From assembly GCA_951406725.2 (NCBI GenBank), contig OX597821.1, positions 100,502,001-100,566,000 on the forward strand: a DNA stretch of 64,000 nucleotides. The letters run 5' to 3'. The stretch's first letter is position 1; the number at the start of each line of letters is the position of its first letter. Under the pieces are notes generated by a model. The model was not told the DNA's origin, did not search any database, and saw nothing but the letters and a program-made list of their open reading frames with translations. The stretch is from Octopus vulgaris (lineage: Eukaryota). The position numbers and the translations under genes are program-made. Positions 1-14,231 of this stretch are shown one piece after another.

Positions 1-434
1 CGTGCATGACAAATGGATTTGACATTTTGAAGACGAGTATTTTCTATAGCTTCCAAAGAGAGTAGATTGTTCTTGTATCGACATCTGGTCGAAATTAAAC
101 CATTTCAACATACTTTCGCGGGTATATTGTTATTTTTCTGGGCATTCTAAAAACAAGGTTTTGAAAACCTCTTTTAGTTTAACTTCCACGAGAATGGCCG
201 ATAGTACAGGTGCCGGCATGGCAGTGGGGCAAGGAGTTTACTTTCCAGCCACATGGCTCCGGATTCAGTCTTACTGTGCGATACCTTGGGCAAGTATGTT
301 CTGCTGTAGCTTTGGACTAACCCAAATCGCTATGAGTGGATTTGGTAAACGGAAACTGAAAGAAGCTCGTGTGGTAAGTAGCTTGCTTACTAACCATATG
401 GTTCTGGGTTCAGTCCCACTGCGTTGCACCTTGG

Positions 435-744
435 GCTCGTGGCCTTCTCGTGAAATTAACGTGCAAGTGGTTGAGCACTCCACAGACACGTGTACCCTTA
501 AAGTAGTTCTCGGAGAGATGCAGCACGACACGGAGTGTGATAAGGCTGCCCCTTTGAAATACAGGTCAAACAGAAACAGGAAGAAACAGTGAGAGAAAGT
601 TGTGGTGAAAGAGTACAGCGGGGTTCACAACCACCCCCTGCCGGAGCCTCGTAGAACCTTAGGTGTTTTCGCTCAATAAACATTCACAACGCCCGGTCTG
701 GGAATCGAAACGCTGCCCTAACCACTGGGCCATTGCGCCTCCAC
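435..744 (-). mobile_element. tRNA-derived SINE, group C head with tail type 1
   Basis: Minus strand starts GTGGAGGCGCAATGGCCCAGTGGTTAGGGCAGCG (A box) and has a TTTCGATTCC B box. The body matches the copies at 37738 and 44992. Confidence 0.8.
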
Positions 745-1022
745 GTATCTAAATATAATATTGAAACATATCACGCGAATGCCCAAGTGTTTACGAAATC
801 GGCAGCTAAGTTGATAACAAGATCAACAGTCAGCTGGTCAGAAAAATTTGTGATAGATAAGCCATAGACACAGCTCTGTACTTGACAGAGAATTCGAACT
901 GCTGATCTTTCGTCTTGTTGTCAAACAGCCTATCGTCTCTAACATTGAAAAAAATTTCCCGCCTTTGTGATATTCTATCTGCTTGAATGTCTGTCTATCT
1001 GTATGTTTGTATGAGAGTGTGT

Positions 1023-1065
<43 letters not shown>

Positions 1066-1767
1066 TGTGTGTTTGAATGGACGCAGGCATAGCTATGTGA
1101 TTAAGAAGTTCGCATAGCAGCCACTTGGTTAGGGGTTCAGCCCTATTGTGTGTAGTGCCTTGAACAAGTGACTTCTTCCTTACCACCGCGTTGATAGATG
1201 CCTTGCGAGTGAATTTGGAAGACGAACACTGTGTGAAAGATTGTCGTGTGCCTCTTTTATCTTACCTTGTTTCTTTACACTGTTGGTTTCAATCAATGGA
1301 CAGCGGCCATTCTGGAGCACCGTTTTTGAAGGTTTTAGTCGATCAAATCGACCTGTGTACATATTTGATTAAGCCTTCTACTTATTCTATCGGTAAAGAG
1401 TTTCTTTACCGAAACTCTAAGCTACAGGAACTTAAACAAATCAACACCGGTTGTCACACTGTAGAGAGGTAAGAAAGAGAAACACACACACACACACACA
1501 CACAGTCAGACACACACGCACAAAGTCACACCATACGCAGAGTCTCACACACGGTCACACACACAACCACACACACTCACACACACACGGTCACACACAC
1601 ACATACACACATATATGCATGTATGCACGACGGCGTTTTTCCAGTTTTCCTTTAACTTGCCCAATGTGCCACGCAATAGGACTGGGCCCTGAACCATAGC
1701 GGGTGGAATGCCTGCAAATTTCTCGTTAGTTCTAGAAACATTTTGATTTTTTTATTCACTAATAAAA

Positions 1768-2180
1768 GGCGCAGGAGTGGGTGTGTGGTAAGTAGCTTGC
1801 TAACCAGCCACATTGTTCCGGGTTCAGTCCCACTGCGTGGCATCTTGAGCAAGTGTCTTCTGCTATAGCCCCGGGCCGACCAATGCCTTGTGAGTGGATT
1901 TGGTAGACGGAAACTGAAAAAAGCCTGTAGTACATATGTATATATATATATATGTATATGTGTTTGTGTGTCTGTGTTTGTCTCCCTAGCATTGCTTGAC
2001 AACCGATGCTGGTGTGTTTACGTCCCCGTCACTTAGCGGTTCGGCAAAAGAGACCGATAGAATAAGTACTAGGCTTACGAAGAAAATATTCCCGGGGTCG
2101 ATTTGCTCGACTAAAGGCGGTGCTCCAGCATGGCCGCAGTCAAATGACTGAAACAAGTAAAAGAGTAAAGAGTAAGAGTA
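1768..2180 (+). mobile_element. tRNA-derived SINE group A, full length
   Basis: GGCGCAGGAGTGG..TGTGGTAAG head, GGTTCAGTCCC B-box-like motif, internal (TA)/(TG) tract and (AAGAGT)n tail. More than 12 homologous copies occur in the window. Confidence 0.9.
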
Positions 2181-3023
2181 ATCTTTAGCATTACGTTAAC
2201 ATTTGCTGGCCACCATATTTCAGCTACTCCCCATACCTTCTTTCATCCGTACCAGATCATTACGTCTGGTCTCTTATGCTTACATTTTAATGAAGACATT
2301 CATACTACGCAGTAGCTTCTTATATTTGTATCGTCGGGATTATTCACTGTATGCACGTATGTATGTATGTATGTATGTATGTATGTATGTATGCATGTAT
2401 GCATGTATGTATGTGTGTGTGTGTATGTGTGTGTGTATTACAAAGAATAAGTCCTGGGGGTCGATTTGCTCGACTAAAGTCGGGTGCTCCAGCTTGGCCA
2501 CAGTCACATGACTGAAACAAGTAAAAGAGTATATGTTTCTCTGTCTGTCATCAACCCCACTGCTCAGCTGATGCTTATTTTATCGACACCGAAAAGATGA
2601 AATGAAAAGTCGACACCAGAATTCGAACTCAGAACGTAAAGATGAGTGTTCCGATGCGCTAACGATCACCGCCTGAACACTAAGAGTGAAAGCATTTCCT
2701 ACACATTTGGCGAGATTGTCCAATTTTTCACAATTTTGTTATGTGTGTGAAAGGATTTGTGTGTTTGTGCGTCAATGTCTAAAACAAATGAGGCTAGTGT
2801 TTATGAGTGTTTATGTGTGTGAGTGTAAAGCGACGTATCAACTGAATCCATGAGAATACCGTGCGTTATTTCTTCCGGTTCCTTAAGTACCGAGTTCAAA
2901 TCCCACTTTTGCTTTCCATTCTTCCGTATTTGATAAAATACATTACAAATCAACGAGTGCTCCATAGCTGGAGTACCTAGAGCACGGAAAAAAATCTCTG
3001 CGGTATTTTTTTGGTTCTTTAAA

Positions 3024-3254
3024 GGCGGCGTGTTGGCAGAATCGTTAGCACGCTGGGCGAAATGCTTAGCGGTATTTCGTCTGCCGCTACGTTCTGAGTT
3101 CAAATTCCGCCGAGGTCGACTTTTCCTTTCATCCTTTCGGGGTCGATAAATTAAGTACCAGTTACGCACTGGGATCGATGTACTCGACTTAATCCCTTTG
3201 TCTGTCCTTGTTTGTCCTCTCTGTGTTTAGCCCCGTGTAAGTAGTAAAGAAATA
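3024..3254 (+). mobile_element. SINE group B, full length, with target site duplication (TSD)
   Basis: GGCGGCG..TGGCAGAA head, GAGTTCAAATTCC B box and GTCGAC..TTTCATCCTTTCGGGGTCGATAAA core. Flanked by GGTATTTTTT(T)GGTTCTTTA at 3002-3021 and 3255-3273. Confidence 0.9.
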
Positions 3255-3907
3255 GGTATTTTTTGGTTCTTTACGTGTCGATTATCCAGACTTGTAGAGC
3301 AATCTTTTGTGTATCTAGCCGACCAGATGGCGTCTTGTAAAATCAAGATTAACAAATTAAAAAATTAAAAATAAAACAAAGAAAGAAGGCAACAAGAATG
3401 TATCTTTGTATTCTTCCAAGGAAGTCTCACAACAGAATCATGGGGTTTGTTAAAGATGTTGCCAGAATTCTATCGAGACCTGCCTACGCTGAAAGGAAAT
3501 GTATGTGCGAATGTATGCATATATGAAAGTGGGTTTAAGTTCAAAAGGTGATTAAAAGAGAGATTTTTAGATTCCTTGTATTGATAAAGCACTTTCTATT
3601 GCTACAAATATGTATGTAGACATGTGAATATAAGAATTATAATCAATTGTCAACCTCTACTTTCCATTTATCAATAGACGGTTCACCATTCGCTCCTCTT
3701 AGCAGTTCATATATTCACTACATAAATTCATTCATCCATCATGAATCCAACCATTATCATTCATATCATCCGTCGATCTATTTTCATTATGTAAACCATT
3801 TATTGTGCGGATGAACACAAACGTTGCAGCATTTACATGCATCAGCGAGTCAATCCAGCTCACCTAAGCACTAACAACATACAATCAGCATCGCTAAATC
3901 TAAACTA

Positions 3908-3908
3908 C

Positions 3909-3977
<69 letters not shown>

Positions 3978-4066
3978 ATCCATCTATCTATCTATCTATC
4001 TTATCCATCTATCTATCTATCTATCTTATCTATCTATCCTTATCTGCATATCTATTTTTCTATCAA

Positions 4067-4107
<41 letters not shown>

Positions 4108-4302
4108 CTCTCTCTCTCTCTCTCTTTCCCTTTCAGTCTACCTATCTATCTATCCATCTATCTATCTATCTATCTATCTTGGTCTATCCCTCTCCCTATC
4201 TTCCTTTTAAATTTATCTTTTCAATTCCTTTATCTATTTATGTGTCTATCTACCAATCTATCTCTGCCAGTTTATGTTTATCAGTCTCTCCTTCTCTAAC
4301 TT

Positions 4303-4362
<60 letters not shown>

Positions 4363-4372
4363 CCTATCTATC
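3908..4372. repeat. (CTAT)n/(CT)n compound microsatellite
   Basis: Directly visible tandem repeats. Confidence 0.95.
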
Positions 4373-4659
4373 TGCCTGTCTGCCTGCATATCTATCTATA
4401 ATTTTATTTCACTATTTATCTATTTTTCTGTTTATCTATGTTCTCTATATGTTTCTATTTATCTTTCTCTCTTACACTCTTTTTGTATGTCTATATATCT
4501 ATGTATTTACCTAGCTATCTCTGTATCAGCTTATCTATATATCCATCCATATATCTATCTATTTGTTGTCTATCCGTCTGTCTGTTTGCTTGCCTACATA
4601 TCTACCAAAATGACAAGTTATATAATTTGCACACACACACTCACACTCTCTCTCTCTCC

Positions 4660-4698
<39 letters not shown>

Positions 4699-5322
4699 GA
4701 GCATATGTGTGGTGTGTGTATGTACGTGTATGTATATGCGTGAGTGAAGTCATAGAATCAACTGGTTAAGAAGTTCAGTTCACTGCTGTGGTTACAGGTT
4801 CAATACCATCCAACTGCACAGCATCTTGAGCAATTTACTATCGCCCTTGATCCACCAATGTCTTCTAAATGATTTTGGTATAAAAGAAACTAAGGTCCTT
4901 TAGATTTTACACAGAAGATGGGTTTTATAGGAAAATTTTCCACAAATGGTTTTCCAAGCTAATTATGGAATTCGTGTTCATCTTTTGGAGAAATTACAAA
5001 CAAAGAACTTACAAAACTTTAATAATTGAAACTTTTCAAAATTTCAACCAACAAGGTGTTGCTATTTTCGACACGCCGGATGTTGGAATTGCTATTTTCA
5101 CACGTTAGTTGATTTTGATTTTCTCACAACGAAGTTTTATGAGATGGTTGTGATCTGTAAACAGTTTTGAATAGGAACCGAAAACAGAAGAATCAGCACG
5201 CGATGCACATGTGCACAGTGAATCCGTAAAGTGGAACAGAAGAATAAAAACACAATGTTAAACAAGTTGTATGATGGTCTGCATTCCACATTTGACACCA
5301 CTGTCACGCAGCTGTTGAATTT

Positions 5323-5642
5323 GCTTAGACCCCCTTCGGTCATGACTGACCATGGGATTGTACCTAGAAAATTATCCTCCCAGGCACAAGTCCAGGCAAA
5401 GTTGTTTATGGAAGAACAGCAGTCGCCCATGCACACCAGCTTCCCCTCTCCACGCCACCAGTGTTATCCAAGGGAAAGGCAAAAGCCGATTCAGCTTGAT
5501 ACCTATGACATCATAACTCATTTCTATAGCTGAGTGAACTGGAGCAACGTGAAATAAAGTGTCTTGCTCAAGAGCACAACGCGCGGCCCGGTCCGGGATT
5601 CAAACTCACAACCTCACAATTGTAAGCTCGACGATCTAACCA
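5323..5642 (-). mobile_element. CORE-like tRNA-derived SINE with distinct tail
   Basis: Minus strand has a GTGGTTAGA..GAGTTTGAATCCC head followed by CTTGAGCAAGACACTTTATTTCACGTTGCTCCAGTTCACTCAGCT, which resembles the CORE domain. Confidence 0.65.
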
Positions 5643-6238
5643 CATTAGTTGAATTACTAATCTGGATTAAAAAATGGCAAGTTAGCAGAATCGTTAGCGC
5701 ACCAGACAAAACGCTTTGCGGTGTTTCGACTGCCTTTACGTTCTGAGTTCAAATTCCACCGAGGTCAAATTTACTTCTCATCATTTCGTGGTCTATAAAA
5801 TAAAATCCTTTGCACATTAACTCAATGTAACCGACTTAAAATGTCTCCCAAAATTTCAGATCTAATAGTAAAATGAATATATTACAGCTGCTTGTCTAAA
5901 ATGCTGTTGTTGAATATACAGTTATTCCGACGTCGGACGTGTCAAAAATGGTCGCACCTGATTGGATGAAATTCAATTTTATAGTTTCTTAACTTCTTAA
6001 GAAAGTAATTTTCGTAATTAATACGAAAACTACATCTGCATATAAAGTTTCAAACCAACCGAACCTAGTGCTTGAAACGACCGCGGAAACTGTGTGGAAC
6101 CCTTTCTTACACCCACACAGAAAGAGAGAAAGAGAGAATTTAATGTTCTTTGTATCTATCGGCTCACCAAGGCATTTAACATGCAATAGTCCAGTCTACA
6201 TAGCTGTAAATAGATAACATTATACTGCAAATGACGTA

Positions 6239-6452
6239 AGGCGGTGACCAGGCAGAATCACATGCATGCCGGGAAAAAACTCTTAGCGTCATTTCGTCTG
6301 TCTCTACATTTTGAGTTCGAATTCCGTCGAGGTCGACTTTACTTTTCATTCCTGCGGGGTCAATAAAATTAGTATCACTTGAGGATTAGGGTCGATGTAA
6401 TCGACTTAACCTCTCCAGAAGTTACTGGCCGTGTGCCAAAATTTGAAACCAA
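6239..6452 (+). mobile_element. older SINE B' (B head and core, alternative tail)
   Basis: B head and core, but ends in TGGCCGTGTGCCAAAATTTGAAACC. Similar copies at about 5675-5880, 7913-8075 and 35556-35752. Confidence 0.75.
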
Positions 6453-6516
6453 CATGTTACAACTGGTCGGTCCCTTAATCTTGTAGTGATCAGTTTATTT
6501 ATTTATTTATTATATA

Positions 6517-6747
6517 TATTTCTTTACTGCCCACAAGGGGCTAAATATAGAGGGGACAAACAAGGACAGACGAAGGGATTGAGTCGATTATATCGTCCCC
6601 AGTGCGAAACTGGTACTTTATTTATCGACCCCAAAAGGATGAAAGGCAAAGTTGACCTCGGCGGAATTTGAACTCAGAACGTAACGACAGACGAAATACC
6701 GCTAAGCATTTCGCCCGGCGCGCTAACGTGTCTGCCAGCTCGCCGCC
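6517..6747 (-). mobile_element. SINE group B, full length
   Basis: Reverse complement of the B consensus. Flanked by TTTATTTATTATATA-like direct repeats. Confidence 0.9.
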
Positions 6748-7545
6748 TTTTATTTATTTATTATATATTTAATCAATTTAAGCGTCCGTGTAGACCTGGT
6801 AAGCCATGACAGACTGAGGAAAGTAAATGAAGGCACAAAAAATAAAAGCGACTAAAAAGAAAGAATTAGATGAGAAACCCGTACAGATAAAGAACAGTTA
6901 ATATGTTTCTGTGAAATCTTACTTGTAGTCTCCGTGAATTGGAAGTTTTTATTTATTGTTGGTGGATCCTCGAAAAATAGATTGCACCAAGTATTTCTTG
7001 CTGATAAAGTATGGAAACGTATGAGTTCCACGATGGTGACTCACATTCTACATTGCATAAAGATAAAATATATCCATCTCTTCTTCCCTATTCCCAACTC
7101 TGTCGTCCTTTCCTCCATTTCTGTTATTCTGTTTCTTTTTTTTTTCTTTCGGTTATCACCACTACCACTACAACCACCGCCACCACCGTTACTACTACTT
7201 CATGTTGTTGTTGTTGTTGTTCTTCTTCTTCTTCTTTATAATCAACTTTTTATTCTATTGTGTTTCCGTTTATATCTAGGATGCCTTATAGGGATATTAA
7301 ATCGATTCCCGTATTTGACAGGTACTTTATCAACCTGAGAAAGATGAAACGTAAAGTTGATCCTTGTGGGATTTGAACCCGGAAATTAGCGCTGTAGCTA
7401 AATACAGTAAGCTTTCCACCTGCTGCTTTAAACTTTCTGCCAATTCATATTTTATTTTAAAACCATATACACATCATGTCCCCCACGTCTAGTGTTAGGC
7501 TCGTCCACCAACATTCTTGAATCGAAATAGTAAAAATATATGCAA

Positions 7546-7912
7546 CAGGCATAGCTGTGTGGTAAGAGGCTTCCTTCCCAACCTCATGGTCCCGGTGTCA
7601 GTCCCACTGCGAGGCACTTTGGACAAGTGTCTTCTAATATAGCCTCGGGAGTGGATTTGATAAGCGGAAACTGAAAGAAGCCCGTCGTATATACATATAT
7701 ATTTATGTGTATATTCATTTATATGTGTGTGTGTGTGTGTCTGTGTTTGTACCCCCGCCATCTCTTGACAACCGATGCTGGTGTGCTTATGTTCACGTAA
7801 CTTAGTGGTTCGACAAAAGAGAGCAACGGTATAAGTACTAGGCTTACAGAGAATAAGTCTTGGTGTCGGTTTCTTTGACAAAAACCCTTTAACGCGGTGC
7901 TCCAGCATGACC
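7546..7912 (+). mobile_element. SINE group A
   Basis: Homologous to 1768-2180. Confidence 0.85.
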
Positions 7913-8173
7913 GTCCGTCTTTACTTTCTGGGATCGAATTTCACCAAGATCGACTTTGCCTTTCGTCCTTTCAGGGTTGATAAAATTCATACCAGTTGAG
8001 TACTGGGATCGATGTAATCGATTAACACCCCGCCCCTGAAAATGCTGGCTTTGTGCCAAAATTTCAGACCAATATTTCGACTTAGTCCCATGTTTTACGT
8101 TTGAAATCCTTTTCTTTAGTATATAATTAGATAGCGTGTTATCTTCTACAATAAGTTAAATTTTGCGGAGTAG

Positions 8174-8517
8174 GAGTTGCTTACCAACCACATGGTTCCG
8201 GGTTTAGTCCCACTGCGTGGCCCCTTGGGCAAGTGTCTTCTACTATAGCCTCGGGCCGACCAAAGCCTTGTGAGTGGATTAGGTAGACAGAAACTGAAAG
8301 AATCCCGTCGTATATATGTATATATATGTATATGTATGTGTGTGTATATGTTTGTGTGTCTGGGTTTGTCCCCCAACAACGCTTTACAACCGACGGTGGT
8401 GTGTTTACGTCCCCGTAACTTAGCAGTTCCGCAAAAGAGACCGATAGGATAAGTACTAGGCTTACAAAGAATAAGTAAAGCTTGGCCACAGTCAAATGAC
8501 AGAAACAAGTAAAAGAG

Positions 8518-8520
<3 letters not shown>
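8174..8520 (+). mobile_element. SINE group A, 5' truncated
   Basis: Homologous to 1768-2180. Confidence 0.85.
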
Positions 8521-8564
<44 letters not shown>

Positions 8565-8565
8565 A

Positions 8566-8619
<54 letters not shown>

Positions 8620-9091
8620 AACTTAAGCATATACAACAACCCCTGTTGCTAACTGTGAACTATAAAATAAACTTTTTCTAGCTAATCGCACTTCGATACA
8701 GGAAAAATTCACAAACTTCTGCGCCAATAAACCACTACTGTTCCGGAAAGTTGCTTTTTATATCTTCTACCTTTTGCTTGAATCTCACTAACTTCTTGCA
8801 CCTTGATCCTTAGATCTTACCTTTAAAGATATATATATATATATATACATATATATATAGTGCAGAAAAGAAATATAAGGAAGACGACGACGACGTCATT
8901 GATTTTTACATCAATTTCCCTTTTCCTTTTTTATATATGTTTCAGGAAAAATCCGCGCGCGCACACACAAACACACACATTGTTGCCATGCTTTTACATA
9001 TTAATATGAAGAGCAATATGTTGTTATTGAGTTCTTGAATAATCGATTATTTGTTATGCATAGCTGTTATGCACACATTCAGATAGGTAGG

Positions 9092-9180
<89 letters not shown>

Positions 9181-9183
9181 GGA

Positions 9184-10797
9184 TAACTTTCTTTATTGGC
9201 CACACAGGGCTGAATACAGAGGGGACAAATACAAATGTAGAGCTTTTCTTTTCGAAGATGGAAAAAGAAAAAAGGAATAAAAAAGGAAACAAATGTAGAA
9301 TTGCGATCAAAAGAGATCGGAAAAAAAAGAAAAAATGGAAAAAAGAAAACGAAAAGCGATCAAAAGGGATCGTGTATCACAGAAACAAATTTTTTTAACA
9401 GTAAGAAACAATATTAGGTTCATCCGTGGGAAGAAAAACCTACAGAAAAGACCACGGTAACCCCAGTCAAAGAGGAAATAAACACATGAGAGCAAAGTGC
9501 TCTCTCTCTCGCTCTCTCTTTTACGATTTACAGGATCATGCTCAAAGTGGTTTCGTCACTGGCACGCACCATCTTTGCTACATTCACCCACCATTTTTTG
9601 AAATTTTCGCGAGACAAAACCTGCTTCTCCATTCTCACCTTCCTTTTCAAGCGGTTCGTGTTGATGAGCGATTGGCCAGAGAGGTAAGTGTTTGTCTCTA
9701 ATCATTTTATTCGGGTCCACCACACACATTCTTTCACCATGGCCACCAGTACGATGAAAACTACCTTGCCTTCCCGGCTGAGGGAAGGCGGCGGAGAAAT
9801 TTTCACGATAGACTCGGCCGACAGGCGGACTCGTCTCACACGCGACAGCAGCCGTTCGGCATAAGCCCACAGGTCTGAAATGGTTGGACACTGCACGAGT
9901 GCGTGCAGAACAGTTTCGTCGCTCTGACCGCATCTCGGACAAGTCGGTCCAGTGTGTCTCGAACCGTGCCTGTAGAGCTTATCCCGAACAGGTAATGCTT
10001 CTCGATAGCACTGCCAGACCAGAAATCTTTGGTGATTGTCCATAGGTCCCGGCCCGAAAGTTGTTCTGAACAGGCGGGTCAGGTGTTCCTCGTCGACGCC
10101 CAGATTCTGCCCGAGAACGTCGCCGCACCTCCCCTCCACTAATCCTCTATAGAACACCTTTGTTGTAATGAAGTCGTACAAGTTTGGTCCCGGACGGCAG
10201 AGTTGCTTAAGAGCAACGTGACACTCGCAATGCCATTCGCCTAGCCTCCGGTCTCTGTTTGATCCACGACTGTAGTTCGGCCAAGGAGACGTGATGCGGG
10301 AAAGCGCGTCGCACAAAAGGCGACCACACCTGTTCACCGTCGTCTATGAAGCGCCGGAGATGTCGCAGTCTCAGCGCATGTCTGCGCATCATCAACCACG
10401 GCATGCCTAGCCCTCCATTTAGCGGGTGTTGACAGCAAATGGATCGCCTAACCATCGGAACGCTTCCCTTCCACAGGAAGCGGAAGAGTATGCGTTCCAG
10501 TTTGGCAATGGTAGGGTCGGGAGAAGGCACGACGGTCAAGGCACGACGGACAAGGCACGATGGTACTTGATGATGGATGCGATGCACACGTTCGCCACCT
10601 CCGCCCGACCTTTTAGGGATAGCTTCCTCTCAGCCCATTGCTGGGTGAGAGTGGCCACCCTAGTCGTTATTTCGCCCCAGTTCTTCTCTATTTGGAGGTC
10701 CGGATCGAACCAGACTCCGAGTAATTTAACCGGTCCGTCGGTCCAGTGTCCCACAATGGAAACGCTGTTGGACGGCATGGGCTTGCTTCTCTACGTC
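9184..10797 (-). mobile_element. 5'-truncated Tx1/L1-clade LINE (end of ORF2 plus 3' UTR), 3' end abutting (GATA)n
   Basis: Frameshifted minus ORFs carry VKLLGVWF, W..RKLSLKGRAEVAN, FLWKG, GGLGMP and a CPRC-x8-H-x4-C zinc knuckle, typical of the L1/Tx1 ORF2 C-terminus. A T-rich 3' UTR with AATAAA runs into (CTAT)n. Confidence 0.88.
9528..10797 (-). pseudogene. degraded LINE ORF2 C-terminus (RT thumb plus zf-RVT-like region)
   Basis: ORFs 10536-10778, 10207-10587 and 9702-10337 join by frameshifts, one of them at a short AAGGCACGACGG duplication near 10525-10560. Final stop at about 9528. Confidence 0.85.
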
Positions 10798-11517
10798 TGA
10801 TTATATTTTTATGTATTCCCAACAATATGTATTCGGATTTTAATTTCTTTCTACTTTAGGTATAGACTTAGGTATTTGGTGTATACTTCGTACTTCTTTT
10901 TCTGTATTGAATCACTATTTAGATCCTGCACCCACTTCTGTAGGAAATTTTCTTTCAGTAATATTTCATGTTATTGACGCTTTACACTGAATAGCGGTCA
11001 TTAGAAAAACATTCCTTAAATGTGAAAAATATTTATAAGCTACTTATGTCAGAAACCGATGACATCGGGTCAACCATAGAAATGTATATATTTAATGCGT
11101 TATCGTTCAATAGCGATTAGCTCTTGTTCCCTTCAGAAATGTGATAAATGGCCGTTTGAGATATCGTTGTCACTTCTGTGGGTAAATGAATTTTAAATAA
11201 CTCCAACTGTGGATTCATAATGAGGCTGTGAGTTCCTGAAAGTAGTTGTCAGATTCTTCTTAAAAATCAAATGAATAAATAATACCAGATTAACGTTGGA
11301 TAATGCAGCGATTAAGAAGTCCTCCTCGGATTTTTTTGATCTTTACACGTTTACCAGTTCTTTTTAAACAATCGTTCATTTTATTTCATTTACGCGAATA
11401 TAGTTTTTAGAATACTTATGTTCAAGAACATTACTTTTATCAATGTTCCCACCGGATCAATCTTCATTTAAAAGATGTTTGAATAAATAAAGACACACAA
11501 AACACACACACACACAC

Positions 11518-11560
<43 letters not shown>

Positions 11561-11563
<3 letters not shown>

Positions 11564-11793
11564 TTTTCTTTACTACCCACAAGGGGTTAAACATAGAGGA
11601 GACAAACAAGGACAGACAAAGGGATTAAGTCGATTACATCGACTCCAGTGCGAAACTGGTACTTTATTTATCGACCCCGAAAGGATGAAAGGTAAAGTCG
11701 ACCTCGGCGGAATTTGAACTCAGAACGTAACGACAGACGAAATACCGCTAAGCATTTCGCTCGGCGCGCTAACGCTTCTGCCAGCTCGCCGCC
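11561..11793 (-). mobile_element. SINE group B, full length
   Basis: B consensus, lying between (TA)n and (GATA)n tracts. Confidence 0.9.
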
Positions 11794-11825
11794 TTTGATA
11801 TATATAGATAAATAGATAGATAGAC

Positions 11826-11896
<71 letters not shown>

Positions 11897-13414
11897 CAAT
11901 TGTGAATTGAAGTCGAATATTGTTTAATATGAAAGTACAATTAAAAACTATGTACTATTTCCTGACGCAGACTATTCTGTGGTTTCTCTGATTTTACTGC
12001 TTATAGTCTCGAAAAACGGAAAACTGATCTCCCATTCAGTCGCTTTCTGAAGGCATGTGGCCAAACGATAAGTTGCTGCGCTTACGATCGGAAGAGCGTT
12101 GTTTCGATCTCCAGACCGAACAATGCGCTGTGTGTTCTAACAAAACGCTTTATTTCACGTTACTCTGTCCACCCAACTGTAAATGAGTAACTCTACGATG
12201 GCCTGCATCCTGTTGGAGAATAGGGTGTAATATCCTCCACTTATACGTCATGAATCCTGGGTATCTGGTCTTATGAGACCGTGAACCCGAGGCAGCAATG
12301 TCCCCAGAGACTTGCCTTACCATTTTCTGTCGACTTGCTCTCCTTGAATCAAACATGGGCGAGCAAACTAAAGAAACTTGATAGAGGCAACAGCAAAGTC
12401 TATTTTAAATAGTATTTTATCGTCCAAAAAATGAAAGACACATTGGATAATGTAGAACTAAGTATTCTATATCTGGAGCAAAAAGACAGTAGCACCTGTC
12501 GGAGCCACGTGGGGATTATGTATACGTGAGAGTATGTATTTGTGAGAGTATGTTCGCATGTATATGTGTGGTTGACTGTATATCTACGTTAATATCTGAG
12601 TTTGCGTTAGAACGTGCGCGCACGTGTATGTGTGTGCGTGTGCGTTTTTTTTTTGTGTGTATGTGTGTGTGGGTGCGTGTGTGTGCGTACAACTGCATCT
12701 GCAATCTTGAATGCTTGAGCATCTGATTTCCAGTGTGTGTGCGTGTGTTTGTGTGAGAGTATGTGTGTATGTGTGTGCGTGTGTGTTTGTGTGTGTGCGT
12801 GTGTGTGTTTATATATAAATGTGAGTATATATGTATGCTGACATGTGTGTAGGTATCTACTATGTGTGGACGTGTGTGTGTGTGAGAGAGAGAGAGTGAG
12901 AATGTGTCTGTGTGTGCACGCACGCCTGTGTGTGTATGTATATATGAATGTGTGTGTATATAAATATATATGCTCACATGCGTATAGGCATCTACGTCTA
13001 CATACACCTACATGTACATCTGTAATGTGTCTGCGCCTGCGCGTCTCTGTAATTTTAAAATCATTTGTCTACAAGACAGGTGTGTGTTTGCACCTGCATG
13101 TGTGTGTGTGTTGTGTATGTGTGTGTGTATGTGTGTGTGTGTGTGTGTACGTGTGTGCGTGCATATGCTCTGAACGCGTGCTTACGTCAACCTGTCCAAG
13201 ATTTTCGGTGCATATGCCTACGCACGTGTGTTGTGAATTATGAGACTAAGAGCTCTCGCGAAGGTGTATGATGATATGCGAATGTGCGTTAATGTGTACA
13301 CCTACTATAATAATACTCTTGTGTTTTTCTCCGTCACAACATACGAATGGTAAAGGAAGGGATGATAGACTAGAAAGGAAGGAAGCGAGATGGTAAACTG
13401 GTAGTGCGGGCGTT

Positions 13415-13995
13415 TCAACTCTGTGTGAGTAGATGTGTACGTATGAAAAAGGAGGTGTGTGTGTATGTAAAAGAGAGGTGTGTGTATGTGTGTATGTGTG
13501 TGTGTGTGTGTGTGTGTGAGTGTGTGTGTGTGTGCGCGTGTGTGAGTGCGTGTATGTGAGTATGTTCGTGTGCAATGGAAGTTGTATGGTGAATATTCAA
13601 GGCTGAAAAGAAAAATCAAACAGCGTTTCAACTTTGTAGGAGTATATGTGTGTGTATAAAAAAGGGAGGTGTGTGTGTGTGTGTGTGTGTGTGTGTATTT
13701 GTGTATGTATATATGTGTGTGTATGTGTGTGTGTATGTGTGTGTGTATGTGTGTGTGTGTGCAACGGAAGTGGGATGGTGAACATTCAACGCTGAAAAGA
13801 AAAATCAAACAGCGATTCAACTCTCTGTAAATATATGTGTGTTTATGTAAAAGGGAGGTGTGTGTATATGTAAAAGAGAGGTGTGTGTGTGTGTTTGTAT
13901 GCGTATGTATGTGTGTGTGTGTGTGCGTGCAATGGAAGTGGGATGGTGAACATTCAATGCTGAAAAGAAAAATCAAACAGCGTTACAACTCTGTG
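13415..13995. repeat. tandem array with a ~65-bp core x3 separated by (TG)-rich spacers (period ~170-190 bp)
   Basis: GTGCAA(T/C)GGAAGT..GATGGTGAACATTCAA..CTGAAAAGAAAAATCAAACAGCG.TTCAACT at about 13570, 13759 and 13927. Confidence 0.9.
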
Positions 13996-14231
13996 TGGAT
14001 ATATGTGTGTATGTGTGTGCACGTACAAGTGAAGTATGTGAATATTTGTATGTGTGAACCGGCGTTCTTTCAGTAACAAACGGTGATCGATGGCATATGT
14101 CTAAAGACAACCAATAGATAACTTTGACAAGTGTATTAATTTGATTTACCATCCAAATTTATATATCAAATACAATTAGCCGTCATTTTTGAAGGCACGG
14201 AGCCAGCTGGTGAGCATATATAAGTACATAT

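Noticed and set aside
2801-3169. Recurrent ORF MRNWYLIYRPRKDER.. and ..[11 protein letters not shown].. peptides suggesting a gene family
   Set aside because: They are antisense translations of SINE B and SINE A, and the frames are not conserved between copies.
13415-13995. CRISPR-like repeat-spacer array
   Set aside because: The repeats are ~65 bp, the spacers are related microsatellites, there are no cas genes, and the context is eukaryotic.
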